DNA of 64,000 nt from Utricularia gibba (GCA_002189035.1 CM007989.1:1116001-1180000), one strand, 5' to 3'. Shown: positions 22,352-37,444, numbered from the stretch's first letter. Translations and numbers: made by a program. The notes: a model not told the origin generated them from the sequence alone.

Positions 22352-24938
22352 GTAACTGGTATCGATAGACACAAATGTCCATAGGAAACGATTTTATAGC
22401 ACAAGCACAAGTAATTTACCACTCTTTAATAATCAAAATAGTTATGAGCGCAAAAGTTATTACATTACCGTATTTACATTATTACAACAAACAATATTCC
22501 ATCATGATTTTAAAGTAAAATAATCAAATATATAAGAAATTATAAATAATGAATTAAGTATATTTTTTCTAATATAAGGAAATATATTGAATTTAGGTGA
22601 TAAAAATTAGATTGACTTATAACTTTAATATTATCCATAATCATGCATAAAAAAATAAATCTTAATTGGATTAAAAATCAATTTGACATGCATAACTACT
22701 CCTTTCTAATATTATAATTTATTGTTGAATGATAATTATTTATAATTTTTGATAACATAAAAAATGAAAAAAATAATATATTTTTTGATTGATGTGATAC
22801 TAAGATTTATGTTACAAATGGTTTATGTTGTTGTCAAAGTTTTGGGTATACTGTTGAAATTAATCATTCAATGAGTTAAACGAACACGTGTATAAAGCAT
22901 TTATACAAATATAAATCATAGTAAAAAATATTAAAACTGATCTATTATTAATAATTTATAATATCTTATATACTTAATCATGTTTTACTCTAATATATAG
23001 TATTTATCAAGACGTTGGTGGCTTTAAAAAAAAGGTGAATAAGTTACAGTTTAATGACTGGTTGTGGTACCGCATCGGACAGTCAACCCACACACTCGAG
23101 TGAGTTGTCCGATGGGAGAAACCCTCAGTGATTTCTTTTTTGGGAGATTTAACTTGGTTTTGTCGTATAGGGATTTGTGGGTGGGACAAGTGTTGGTGAT
23201 CGGTCTCTTCGCTCCGCACATCGCAACAAAAGGAGGGCGCGAGAGCGAGAGGGCCACAAGATTAGGATAAAACCACCACCATTCATTCTTTTTTCCCCTT
23301 TACAAAAGACTGAGAGAGCCCTCCTCCCTTCACACAGACCGGACGAGACCAGTCCCATGATCCCGAAAATTACACAGGGGGATGATGGGATGGAGTAAGT
23401 GTCTTGTACGGACATGTGAGTTGCTGGTAATTGCTGTCTTAATCCACTGGGTAGATGTGATTCAGGCAGCGGATAAGGAGAAGAAGACTGTCGTGTTGGG
23501 GCAGGTTATCTACAGGTCATCCATCTTGTGCTAGTACTAGTGGCATAATATACAATATCCAAAACCTGTGTATTATTATTATATCTCCATCGTGCAAAAA
23601 TCTTGTACCACACTTCCCCATCACGTGAAAAATGACAAATAAACTATTTTTTTGTGTGAAGGAAATACGATTGTTACTAGTATTTTAGACTTTTTTTTTA
23701 TAATGAGTGTAATTATTAATATTTGTAAATTCCCAATTGTTGGCTGCTTTTTTTGTGTACTTTCTTCCCGTTGAAGCAGCAAAGGGTGAATAGAATAGAT
23801 TCCACTTCGTCATCTTGAGAGTAGCCTTTGGCCTCGCAGTTCGAGTGCCAAGAAAATCGGAGGCCTGTTTAAGGAGAAACTACTGAAGTGTGAGTGTGAG
23901 TGTTCGCGCAGAGCTGAGAGGGCTAAGTGATGAGTGGAACAATAAATACCAAGAAGGGTAATGGACACATCATGCTCACTCATGTTGTACAGATACTAGA
24001 ACCAAGTGTTAGAAGTCAGAAACCCACCCTTAGGATCAACTAGAGAGAGAGATGAAGCTCGGAAACCACAAATGGATGATGCCTTGTGCAGGACTGGTGC
24101 ATAGGACTCCTCCCCGGTTAACAAAACCAGTCCAACACATCGCACCAGATGGCGAGTCACACTATCTCCATCTAATCTGACAATGCCTTCTAACAAAATC
24201 AAATTCTTACGTTCAGCTTGTTGCAGCATACTACTCAAGGGAGCATCGAACAGCCTCTCAACTTGCTCCTTTTGAGCATAAATCACCTCCCAATCACTTT
24301 AATTGTGATGTAGGCCACTCACCATTGCAATACAGTAACAAATTTCACTGTGTTGTCTGAGTAAACCCTTCGTCTACTTTTTTTTTTTTACGGCCAAAAC
24401 TTGATGATGTAAGCTACTGTCACATGTTACTGCAGCAGTGAAAACCTAGTGCGCCCATAGCATGCATGCCATCTGTCCATTAACGTTAAGGGTCACATCT
24501 CTGCTTTGTCCTGTGCGCGACTTCATTATCATATCTTTGACAAATGTGTTTTCGTTAATGTTCCCATGAAGACCCCATAAAAAGCAACAACTCCAATGCA
24601 TACCAGTGAAAGGCAACAGTCCCCAACTACGTGCAACTTGTCTAATCAATAACTTACTTTTTATCCCCATCAAAACATTATGTTATATTCCCTAACGGAT
24701 AATTTTACTGGCACCAAGTCGCATTTCAAGATTCCAAATTGATAGTACGATGTGGAGAATATGTTCATGTTCTTACCATATCTTATACTATTACTGATTT
24801 ATATATGGTTTTTTTTGTATGGATTATCACTTGGTGGTGAAATGGATGCTATAAAACGGGGCTCTTACTTCACTGAGTCGCTCGACATCGCACACGCTTG
24901 TCTTGTCTTGTTTTTCTACTTTGAAAATCTCGGGCGCG

Positions 24939-26258
24939 ATGGTTATGCATTATATGATCGTCGACAGGCGAGGGCGGCTGGCGGCGGCGGAGGGGCGGCC
25001 GGGGGAGGATGTGGGGGAGGGGGATCAAGGGAAGCCTTGTCTTTTCGATGCCGCGATCTTAAGCCACCAACTCAGGATACCATCGCAATTCATATGGCCG
25101 GAGAACGAACGCCCGAGTGGGGGAATGGTGCCGGAGCTCCATGTTCCGGTCATCGATGTGGCTGCCTTCCTGTCCGGCGACTCTGCTGCGGCGGCGAGAG
25201 CTACCCGCCTCGTGGGTGAGGCGTGCCGGAACCACGGATTCTTCTCCGTGGTGAATCATGGGGTTGATCTTAACCTCGTACGACAAGCGCATCGTTGCAA
25301 TGAGTATTTCTTCAACCTACCGGTTGAACAGAAAGAGCAGGCGCGGAGGGAGCCCGGCGAGCTCTGCGGCTACGCTAGTAGCTTCACTGGGAGATTCTCT
25401 TCAAAGCTACCATGGAAGGAAACACTATCTTTCCAATGTTCGGCAGAGGAGTCATCCCACATTGTGGAAGAGTACTTTCGTCGAACACTTGGCGAGGAGT
25501 TCTCTATGATCGGGTATGAAGCCAGAACAAGCTGCAAAATAAGTAAAAATGGGAATTGGGAGTCGGAAAGCTCACATTTTGAAACATTTGCAGGAAAGTG
25601 TACCAAGAATACTGCAGAAAAATGAATCATCTGTCCCTTACAATCATGGAGATTTTGGCGAAGAGCCTGGGAGTGAAACAGGGCCGTTTCCATGAACTAT
25701 TCCAAGGAAATGAATCGATAATGAGACTTAATCACTATCCTCCTTGCCAGAGACCGGATCAAACATTAGGCACTGGACCACATTGTGATCCAACCTCACT
25801 CACAATTCTCCATCAGGAATCAATCAACGGTCTACAAGTATTCGTCGACGGAGAATGGCGATCGATTAGCCCTTCTTTCGACAAATTCATCGTCAACATA
25901 GGCGATACCTTCATGGTAAGAAGAACCGATTCATCATCAACTTCCGGAATTCGAAATCTCAATCACTAAATCAATCCGATTTCTTCAGGCTCTTTCCAAC
26001 GGGATTTACAGAAGCTGCCTGCACAGGGCGGTGGTGAACAAGGAGAGCTCCAGACACTCCCTGGCCTTCTTTCTGTGTCCGAACAAGGCCAAGGTGGTCG
26101 CGCCGCCGCCAGAGCTCGTATCCCCCGATCGACCGCGGAAGTACCCAGATTTCAAATGGCCGACGTTTCTTCAGTTCACGCAGAAGCATTACAGAGCAGA
26201 TACCAAAACCCTAGAAAACTTCTCCAATTGGCTTAGTGATGCAAATCGATCCATCTAA
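24939..26258 (+). CDS. GA20ox: Gibberellin 20-oxidase; 3 exons, intact
   Basis: IPSQFIWP, CRNHGFF, GYASSFTGRFSSKLPWKETLSF, MRLNHYPPC, TGPHCDPTSLTILHQ (HxD), YRSCLHRAVVN, RHSLAFFLCP. Introns at 25514-25593 and about 25916-25989. Confidence 0.97.
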
Positions 26259-27062
26259 TGGTGGATACTTGTCGGGGAACACTTTTTTTTTATTAATAAA
26301 ATAAAAAAATTATTACATACCTTTCTGGAGTTAGTTAATTTATTCTGCAAGTTGTACATCCCTTTTTATCCCCTTATAAAAAGAAGGTAATAAAGAAAGA
26401 TATTAAATAAAATAATATATTTGATATTTTTCAATTTTACAATATATGAATTCCATTTTTTCAATATTATTTATATATATCAGATTCATTTAATATTTTT
26501 TATTTTAAATTTTTTTTTTATTTACGTTACAAAATATTGAAGATAGGTTTATATTTTCATATAAAATATTAGAATATAATTATAAAAATATTATTTAATC
26601 CATCAAAATATTGAAAATTGATACAATTACATTAAAATGTTTTATTAAAATCATATTCATTGTCTCATATCTCATTCAAATAATACGTAATTCAAATACA
26701 AATGAATATTTTTTATTATCAATACAAATGCATGTATATAAATTATAATTATGAAGATTTATTTAAAATATATATTAAATATTCATAACATATTTTATAT
26801 TTATTCGTAACCATTTTTATAAGGTAAATATTAAAAAAATAAAAAAATTAGGAAAATAAAAGTAAAAAATAAAATTGAATCCAATCCACTAAAATATCAA
26901 TTCGAATCTAACCCGATCGAACCCATAGTTTTAAAATAGTGCTTGCCATTTTAACTATATTTCATCAATTAAATACATGTTTTATTCTATTTAAAATATT
27001 TCTCAATATTTCAACAACTTGCTGGAGTTTGAAGAGTTTACAGTATAAACAGACCAAGGTGA

Positions 27063-28693
27063 TTAATCTGGTTTGACGTCCTCCATCTTCAACTCTTTAC
27101 CTAATGGAATCAACACACTGTGCAGAGTCTCCATTAGCTTTTCCGGTGATCCGTTCACTGAAAACTCATAAACAACACCATCAATTTCAATCAAGCTGGA
27201 ACCAGGAACCGTCTTCTTGATGTCTTGGCCTTTCATCAGTGACCTGATTCTCTTGTGGTCATCAAATCGTCCAGATTTCAAGTATAAATCACAGAGGTTG
27301 ATGTAGAAAGCATGGTTCTGAGGGTCCATTCGAATCAGATACTGCGAGACCTTTTCCCCCAGCTCAAAATTTCTGTGCTGTTGGCATGCTCCAAGAAGTG
27401 CCCCCAAAACGAAAGCGTCTGGTTTCATTGGCATGCTTCTGATTAGTTTTTCTGCCTCGGCAAAGAGCCCGGCTCGGCCAAGTATGTCGATCATGCAGGC
27501 GTAATGCTGGAGGATTGGCTGGATGTGATGAACACGGGTCATTGTGTTGAAGTACCAGCAACCTTTATCCACGAGGCCATTGTGAGCACAGGCGGAGAGC
27601 AAGTGTACGTAGGTCACTGCATTGGGCTTCACCTCTGATCTCTGCATGTCTTGGAAAAGCTCAAATGCTTTGTTTCCATAGCCATGGAGTGCAAAAGCTA
27701 AAATCATGGCTGTCCATGCGTGCACATCCTTGACCTGCATCGTATTGAAGATCTCAAATGCCCTTTCCACGCAGCCACATTTCGCATACATGTCGACCAA
27801 AGCTGTGGCTGTGACCAAGTCGCATGCAATTCCTTTGCGTTCTAAGTAGCTGTGCACCCACCGTCCTTGATCGATGGCCCCGAGAGAAGCACAAGCTGAA
27901 ATTGCACTTGCAACAGTTACTTTATCAGGGCTCACCCAATTTGGATCACCATCTTTCGCCATTTGCATTTCATGGAAGAACTCTAATGCTTCCTTTGCTC
28001 GACCACCTTGGACCAAACCGGTGATCAGAGAATTCCAGGTAACGATGTTTTTTCTTTCATCCATCTCCCTGAAAAGTCCCAAGGCTAAATCAAGCTCACC
28101 CCCTCGCAGGCACCCAATTATGAGGGAATTCCAGGAAACAACATCCCTCTTCGGCATTTCATCGAACACCCTCCTCGCATCCCCCAACACCCCACACATC
28201 GAGTACAAACTGATCAATCCATTACCCACGTAAACATCCCCTTCAAATCCAAACTTCACTAGATGATTGTGTATGCTCCGCCCCCGGGAAGATCCAATCT
28301 TCTCCAACATTCCTTCAGCACAAAAGGAATTGTTATACAATCAGGCGTAAAACCGCTCCCCAACATCTCTTTGTACAAAATCACACACTCACAGGAGATG
28401 GGGTCACTTGTTTTGGTCGCGTTCGCCCTTATCATGGCATTGAACATAGAGAAACTGGGGCTCGGAGTGCGACTGAAAATTCTGTTCGCGTAGCTGAGAG
28501 ACGAACGCGATTCGGAGACCGTGCAGAGGTAGAACAACATACGGAAAACAAGAAAAGATCGTTCCTTTCGCGATAAAAGTGGCGCCACTATGACCTGGGA
28601 ATAGACTTGATTCAGCTGCCGGATGCTCTTGCAGCCGTCTATCACATGAGCTAACACGCTCTTCAAACTCGCCTGGTCATCCCCAAGAACCAT
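27063..28693 (-). CDS. PLS-class PPR protein with E domain (no DYW); -1 frameshift at 28281-28285
   Basis: Repeats such as VFDEMPKRDVVSWNSLI, TALVDMYAKCG, HYACMIDILGRAG, LLGACQQH, and E-domain KKTVPGSSLIE. Single exon split into ORFs 28259-28747 and 27063-28340. Confidence 0.93.
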
Positions 28694-28950
28694 ATGGAGA
28701 AGAAACTCCAAACTCAGAAACCCCCAAGACTCGCATTTTATATCCAACCACGCCGACCGTTTTACGTTTAATTTTTAAAACTAAAATAGCGTATTAAAAT
28801 AATTATTAATAAGCTATCAAAATATAATAAAAATAAAATTTTAATTACCAAATATCTAAAAAAACTAAAAAAATATTAACACCATAGATTTATTAATAAT
28901 TTATATATATATATATTTAAAAACTATATTTATTTAATAAACGTGTATTT

Positions 28951-29045
28951 TACAAAACTCTTACTCACACTTACATAATCCATCATATTTTTCAAATTAT
29001 TATACAAAACCTTTACTCACACTTCCATCATATTTTTCAAATTAT
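28951..29045. repeat. Imperfect tandem duplication (about 52/45-bp units)
   Basis: tacaaaac..ttactcacactt..ccatcatatttttcaaattatt occurs at 28951 and 29003. Confidence 0.85.
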
Positions 29046-29180
29046 TTTTTCCCACATATATTTATATAATATATTTTTATAAATATATAATCCATATTTT
29101 ATCTAAATACAAATGATTCAAATACATTATGGATTAAACTATCTTAACTAAACTAAACTCAAAAGCTCACCTACCTTGTT

Positions 29181-32100
29181 TCACAAAAAGCAAGTAGCAA
29201 GATTGAGATCGTTCAAATTGGAGAGGATCTGGGTGCGTGTAGTCCCGATCTGGTGCGCCAGCTCCAGCTGCTGTTCCAGAGTCAGCATCTCGTAACTGCA
29301 AAACATCAGGCAGCAAGTGTTGTAGGAGCTGTACAATTTGATTTAGTAGGAGCGGAGCTGAAAAAATATGCAACATACTGGGAGATGAGCTCGTAGTCGA
29401 GGATGCCATCGGGGCCGGGGCGATGAGGCATCCCGTCGGAGTGGAACTGGCGAAAGGATCGTGGATTCAGGCCGGCGACATGGGGAACGGCATCCACGAG
29501 CTTTTTCTGCAGGGATTGGAGCCGCCGGAAGGTGAGTTCTTCAACAGGAGCAATGCAACCCACGGAGCCGTCAATGGTGCCGAAAAGCAAGCCGAATCGG
29601 CCGGACTTGTCGGACCCAGGAGCGTTTCTGTCACCGGAGGTGGGGAGAAGCTGCAGACGCAGGAATTTTGTGACTTGGGATCCGACATGAAACTCGGCTC
29701 TGGACAGGAGCTTCTGTCCCTTCCAGCTTTCTGACATCTTTGGTGCGTAGTAGAAAATCTACACAAAACGCGAGCACTATGTTACACTTCCTCACAGATG
29801 GTAAGCATCCATGCAGTCGTAGTTACACACACCTGGACATTCTTCTGATCATCAGAAACAACAAGACCAAGAGTGCTTCCATCAATCAGAAATTCAGTAG
29901 CTAAGCAGTTGAGAGAGCTGAAATCCTTGGCCATTAAATTAAGCTGAGAAGACTGTTCTTTCCAACTGAGAAAGTAGATGCTTCTGTGAATGTCACCGAG
30001 AAGAATGTACTGTCTAACCTGCAAATCGGAGTGTAAATGAGAATGATGGCAAAATTCTTGATTAACAATCCACTGGATGGACTCGACAAAAAAAAAAAAA
30101 GCATAATCATGATCAGTTATCATACTGTGTTTAAGCTAGCTGCATGGAGAGGTGGGGCATCTAGGAAGGCAATGGCATTCAACTCGGAACCTGTCCATTT
30201 GTGCAAAACAATCTTAGGACCAGAAGCGACTAACAGATGACCTTGAAGAGATGCAACAGCAGATATAGCGCCTTTCAGCTCCTTTGAGAAAACTTCAGAA
30301 ACCTAAATAAAGAAGGATCTGGTTGAATAATTATGTATTCACAAGTGCAATTCGGAAATGAAGCCAATGTGTTACAACAAGCTACCTTGGGTTGACTGTT
30401 GTCAGAATTTCTTTCAATAGAATACAGGAGCAGACGCCCTCTTGCTGCAACATCCTCCCCTTGCACATAAGCTGTTCCAATCGCTAAAAGTGTGTCATTC
30501 CCTTGTGTTGTTGCATTCTGCAAGATAAGAAAAGATTTGGCAGATATATTCAAGTTTCTCCTCATGCAAATTAGCTTTGATGGATTAATTTAAAACAGCG
30601 CACTTACAGACAACGTGACCACTCGAACAGTCAGAGCATTTTCAGAACTTTGCATGGGTATTGAAGCGATTGAATGCCATGCTCCACTAGCCCTTTCCTG
30701 TTCCATGATTCGGACTTCAAACTCTTCAATAGGATAGGTAGCCTCAGAAGGCATATTGTCATGATCAAATGGATGCGAAGCATCTTGGTCAACAAGAGAT
30801 GACAGAACTTGATTTGCAGGCCTCAAGACCTATGAGAAAAAAAAATTACAGATAGGCATCTGGCGGAGCTAAAAGTGCAACTCTATTAGTGAAGATATTC
30901 GGAAACACTCACTGAATTAGAAACTATGAGAGGATACAGGTTCTTCTCAGCAAAATAAGAAACCTGGTGTGGAGTGGCCTTGAGTGGTATCTGGCGGATC
31001 ACAGAGAGGGGTTGAGAGAGAAAGAGAGATGAAAAAGAGGACACTTTTAACATAATCAAAGTACAAAACCGCATAAACAAGTATAGTGACGTCTTACCTT
31101 CTGTACTGGCCAGTAATTGTCGTACACTAAGAAAGCTGGAAGTTGACAGATTTTCAGAGAACCCTAAACAAAAAAACAAAAAAACCTCTTTCAGCTCAAG
31201 AGAATAAGAGTTTTGCTAATTTTTTAGAATTGACTTACCTCCAAGGTAATATATATAAACCCATGACTGCAGTTAATATTGTGAAGAACAGTGAAAGCAA
31301 CAACAGGTCCATCACACACCTAAACACAAAGGGAAAGAATACATAAGGATTTTTGCACTGAAAAGACACCCCTGAAAGCTTGTGAGTGAGGAAAACTGAA
31401 AATCACCTGGTGATGTACCCTAAGGCGCTCCCTGAACATCATGACCCAAACTGGAACTGATCCGGAGATAAATAAGCCTTGCAAACCACCAACATTGTTG
31501 AAAGCAGTTATGCGTTGTGATGGCATCCCAGATGTACTTGCTTCCCTTCCATATACATCTAAACGGACTCGAATAAAACGTAGGTTCCTTAGCCTAGAAG
31601 AACTACCACTCTCAGGCTTCAGAGAATTTTCGGGGACCTCATAAATATAAGAGTGATAGCATAAAATGCTCCCATCAGACAACAACGCAAACAGAAAGGG
31701 GCGACTATACTTCTGTTTCCACCTTAGCATCAACAACTCAACAACTTTAATGTCTTGAGTGCTCTCCTTTTTACCATGTCCAGCATCATCAGAATGACTT
31801 TTAATGAGATTCACAGAACTATCTACTATATGGCTCCTACCAGAAATGAACTTCTCCATAGAGAATACGTTGTTAAAGTTAGGCACATCATATATCTCAA
31901 GGTTTCCATTTTCAAAGCATATTATACAGTAGACATCACCAACGTCATGGGCCATACCATCCGACCCATCGATACTCTCTCCAAGACCAGAAGAAAGCCA
32001 GGCATCACTTCTTGTCTTACGAAACCATGGTTCAGGTCCAATATCATGATAGAGCGTACATGCAGAAACAAGGATATCAGGCCCCCCAAGTACTGGTGAA

Positions 32101-35100
32101 TTGCTGATGGAAACTGAGCATGACAGTGGATCTACCAGAAAAATGTAAAACAAGAGATGGTAAACATAAAGAACTAGAATAGTTGAACAAACAATACGTA
32201 AAAAAATTATGTTCTTTAATATGCTGTATAGATTGAAGAATTGACACTATTTACTAAAATTATGGTAGATCAACAATCACAGCAGTACATTAAGCTCTCG
32301 AAATGTTTTTGGCGATTCAATAAAATAAAATTTTTTCATTACTAAAGCAGATTCATCATTTTCTTGGGACATACCTCCAACAAGAAGCCGAATGCTGCCA
32401 TCCGTCATTCTTACCAACACATAAGGGTCAGCAATAGAAACAGATGACACCAACGGGGCCTCAGACCCTGAAGACAACTCAGGGCTAAAGCTCAACTCTT
32501 GACACATAAAAGCACCATCAAGAATCCGAGCACCATGAGCAAACACTTGGATAACTCGACGTCTGCACACAGAGTTCAGGTTTTCAAAATTAACATGCTA
32601 CGACCTATGAAAACCTAAAATTTCTAAAATGACAGTGGATAACAGAAATAACAGAGACCTTCCGAAAAGGTTTCCAGCAGCAATTGTACTCCCTTGGACA
32701 TAGTAGTCAACAGTTTCAGTTACCTCCTCGAGATTATTAGCTGTTTGTAGAACCTGCAAGATGAAAAATACAAACAAATCAAAATTCACTTAAAAAAAGT
32801 ACAGATGCTATGTAAAACATTATGGCTAGTAAAAGAAAGCAGGTATCTGAAACCAAAGTAAGAAAATTCACACATCTAATTGAAAGAGTTGGGATACCAT
32901 TGTCCGATTTTGCAAACTAATAATCAGGTATGCATGATACTCATCTTCATCAGCTACAGATTTTGATAGTTCACTCCGTGAACTCTTGTGGAAGACTGTC
33001 CAGATCCCCTTGCATCCAGGCAATGATTCCTATGAAAGACAGAACATACAATGCAACTTCCGTAAACAAATGATCCCTTCCATGAACACATTGGAAGCAT
33101 CTGCAGAGATGACACTCAATTACTGGAACACACTTGGGTAATAGTTTCTGGGCGGATTGATCTTTGAAGGACCGCAAGGGCACCATTCTTTCCATGGCCT
33201 GAACAGCACACCTGAAGAGTATTCACCAGATATCTTAAGTGGGCCCTTTATGCCATGAAAACACGCCCCAATTCATGTGATAAACTTTTCCCATACTTCA
33301 CAATGATATAACACCTCACCAAATATCATTAATTCCTTGATTAAAATAAATGGCTTAGCCAACAAGAATTCCCCATATAGAAAATAAATAAGACTGCAAA
33401 AAGGAAAAATAAAAAAGAAAACAAAAACACAAGCCACTGACCAATTCATAATTGCTCTGCTTGGCAAGTCCAGTAGCAGTCGTATCAGCACTAGCTCTTA
33501 AACCATAAGCGAAATCTTTCATTGGTCCAATATTAAGCATGGAATCCCGCACTGCAAATTTGAATGTTTTCTGTATGATAATAGCACACGTCAGGGAAAA
33601 TGAAGATGGCTCACAGTTTGAATGGCAATATGTGAAAGGGAAAGCTAGATAAGAACAAAGGAGGACGAGAGAAGCTATCTCTACCTAGAAAATGGTTGCT
33701 GACTCAATAGAAATTCTGATCTTAAATAGTTTCATACAGTTTCGGATACATGAAATATGCTCTAACCTGAGGCGAATGAGCACTACTCACACCACCGCCA
33801 TAGAAAGAAAGCTCCTCGCCTGGAACTAAATCCTGTAATGTATCATAAGATGATGTCCGCATCCTCTTGGATAAAGGAGCATCACTTTCAATATCTCCAA
33901 CCTTTAGGATAGAAGAAAAGTTAGTTGTTATGTAAATTATTCACAGCTACAGTCACTGGCTTCTAAAAGTAGTGGGTTTTCAATGGTTCGAGAAAATACA
34001 CAGACACAAAGAGAAGCACTATAGATTCGGTATCAGTAACTACCTCTTCTTTGACACCGGGGAATACAGTTGAAGCTCCATAGCTATACTGCACAAGCAG
34101 GCTATCGCCTAGGCGGCTGCCTAAGAAAAATAGTGAATTCCCAATGGTTGTTATGTCCTATTCAGCAATGAAAGTTATCAGAATCAATAACAATAAAATC
34201 TTTCATTGCTAAAAATATCCAACAAAAAACTCATAATTTGACAAACCGAAGTCAGAACTGATGCCCTAGACTTGGAAAGCTCAAGTCTCTGCACAGTTCT
34301 GCAAAAAATGAAACTTGCATTTAGCATCATCAGCAAAGAGTAATAATATCATGAACAAAACTAAAGCTAATGCTCAGAACAAAGTTTGTAAGAAATGAAG
34401 ATAGGTTGATCGTTTGATTCATATCTAGGTCACAGAAACAAAACATTTAAGGCTTTCTTGCTGGTCTAAGATATCAATGTTGAATAGAATGCAGATATTA
34501 TTCAGAAATATGCATGCAATCATTCAGAAACAATTATGAACCTGATATTTTACAAGAATAGCATCAAACATAACCAACCAAATCATAAAGTAGACTGAAC
34601 CTAATTATATCTACCATCAGGATGAGAAAAAATGCCACACACCTTCCATCAAAAATAAGATTCAGCAGAAGCAACTCGCCGAGTTTTGTTGAAAATATGG
34701 CAACATCATTCGTAAGCCAAGTTGCATTGGCAACATCAAGCTCGGTCGTGAAGCCTGATCTAAGCATTTCTTGACTGAAAGATGTCAAGAATTGATTAGA
34801 TGCAAAACAACTACTAGCTAAAAGGCTGAACTCAAGTAGAAAACAATGTTACACTACACAGATCATTCAAGCATCACAAGTCGAAGGCTTGAATAGAAGA
34901 TGATGTAGTTATAAAAAGTAGCAGCAATCTTAGACCAGCTTATTGTCGTCAGAAAGCATTAGTGACCATAAGAGGGAAAAGATAACTATAAACCATACCT
35001 TCCATCAACAGGAACAGCAAAATTATTCAATGCCAAGATGCACGATCCTGACTGTTCATTGAAATAGAAAAAAATGTAGAACAAAGAAGGTAATAAATGA

Positions 35101-37397
35101 GGGGTTGACAGAAGTTCTCAAGAAACAGGGGTCCAAACCTGAGATTGGTAGTGAATGGTGTTTGGGCCAATTACTAGAACACCTCCAATGGGAGATGGAA
35201 CTGCAAGAAGCTTGTATACATCATGTGGGAGATTCTGTGTCAAACATAATAAACTTTCCATAAGCAGCTTTTCCAGAAGTCAAGTATGAGTTGGCAAAGT
35301 AGCAAATTACTACCAACATAAGAAGATAAACTCAACACTTAAGTCTAAGTGTCTATAGGGCCAACAAGGCATGAAAAATTACATGGTTTTCATTCACATG
35401 GGCTTTCATATTAAAAAAAACAAAGAAACTAGTGCGTGCATACTGAAAGTTATCTGTGAGTTTCCACTAGGAAGATATCATCTTTTTCATATGAAAGGCA
35501 GAAGTTTACACAACCCAGAATATGAAAAATGACTTACGGTTGCTGACCATATGAGTGGATGCTGTTTCAAAGTGGTACTGATACTGAGGCAAGAGATCAT
35601 ACATGTGTGATGTTTTGATGAGACACGACCAGCCCATGTAAGCTCTTGTTCATGTAATATTCCTACAACAGGCTCAATATAACCTGCCATATGATAACTT
35701 GAGCCATCAGGAAGAACGTGAGAAAGATTGGACAAAATGGGGCAAAGCAGATTAAAAGCTTTTGATCATATATAAACAGCATACGCGAAAATACAAAGAC
35801 TGAACGCTCACCTTCTATAAAGATGAAGTCTTTAACATGCTTCATGCCAAGATCCCATAAGTTAATGAGAAATGAAGACTCAATTCGAGCAGCATCAGCA
35901 AGCCTCGAATTGAAATCGCTATCCTCGCCAGATAACACAGACCTAGTCTATCATCAAAAACAAACTTGCTCACTAAGTGCAATCACACTAAAAAGACGTA
36001 TAGAACTTGAGGTAAAAAGTTTTTTCATGATGGATCAAGATGCAGAACTTCATGAAAGCATGTATAATTTTGAGACTAACAAGAATTTCCAGATATAGGT
36101 GCTTTAAAGTTATGCAGTGTCTGTTCTAGCCTTTTCTAATATGAAGACTATAATTAATCTTGGGAGTGATGTTTTGATGGCTGCACCAGCCATTTTTCCA
36201 AATACATGGCAAGATGTAATAGTAACGATGATCCACCATATCGAATATCAAGATAAAAGACGAGAAAGAACAAACCTCGGCTGCCTTGAGCACAATCATC
36301 TGTAAGTTGTACGCAAGAACAGCAGCACATCTTCCCAACTGATCGACCCTCACCAATGGACCTCTCGAAAAAAATGTTTTGCCTCGAGTCAGGTGCAACC
36401 AATCAGGTCCCTCAAAACAATGCATTGAACTGAAAGTGAGAAAGGTAAATGCACACTTAAACAATGCAACACATCTGCATTTTCTTATTCCCTAAAAGGA
36501 AGAGCGATGAAACAGTGTATGAGCAGTTTTGACTACCATTGCATTGTTGATCAGAAAATTCTGGAATGATACCAAAGTAATATGCAAATAGCATAAACAC
36601 TTCTTGAACAGATACAACTATAAAGTTCAATACGACGCACTAAATAAGGCCTCATTTTAATATAGATTGTGTGATGGGTTTGACATCAACAAGTTGCTGC
36701 TCACCTGGTGCGAAGACCATGTAGTGAATCATCGAACTCCAAAACAGAAACTTTAGCATCTCGAAAGGTCACTATAATCGAATCCCTTCTCTTTTCATTC
36801 TCACTGTTTCCACTTGATAGTACGCCTAGTGATTCAACATTGCCATGCAACCTACAAAAAATGCCCAAAAACCAGAAAAAAACTATAGTATGGTGAATCT
36901 TTGAAGTAATTCAATTCCTAAACAAACAACTGGCGGTATCGCAACACATGTAAACCCAGAAAACGAAAAACATCCCGTAAACAAGAAAATATAACTATGC
37001 CCGTGTTGCTTCACGTAGAAAACAGATATTTCCCACTCTTTCCACCGACAAGGAGATAACGACAACCTGTAATGGCAGACGAGCTCTAGCGACGCGCCCG
37101 AAACTTCGGCCAAGTTCCTCCTTTCTTAGGCTCCTGGGGAGGTTTGGCGTCAGGGGAGGAAGAAGTTTCTTCCACAATTCTCACATTGTACACTTCAAGA
37201 ACGTTTGCAGCCGCAATTATAAGATTCGGAACTGGAGAAGAAGACTTCACGGACGAGGCCAGGTCTGAATCCATCTCGTCGGCGGTGACAGACAAGATTC
37301 TGGGCATGGAATCCACAGCCCCATGGGTGATGAAACCAGAGGCGCAACACTCGACGCCTGTAGGGCAATGCATCATCTTGTACGCCGCGAAGCTCAT
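29181..37397 (-). CDS. CPSF160: Cleavage and polyadenylation specificity factor subunit 1; about 26 exons; -1 frameshift in exon 1
   Basis: [106 protein letters not shown], ending AHQIGTTR...ATCFL*. Every exon after exon 1 traced in frame with GT-AG ends. Confidence 0.97.
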
Positions 37398-37444
37398 TCT
37401 CAAATCTCAACTAGTTCCGAAGAAAATTAGCAGTCGCAGAGGTT

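Noticed and set aside
23836-23850. GTTCGAGT resembling a tRNA T-loop
   Set aside because: The flanks cannot form a T-stem and there is no D-arm or acceptor stem.
23996-24286. 96-aa minus-strand ORF upstream of GA20ox
   Set aside because: Non-ATG start, no recognisable motif and no supporting exon structure.
30040-30065. Intronic IKNFAIIL echoing the VKNFILLG motif of the next CPSF160 exon
   Set aside because: Too short, with no splice sites; the true exon (VRQYILLG) follows directly.
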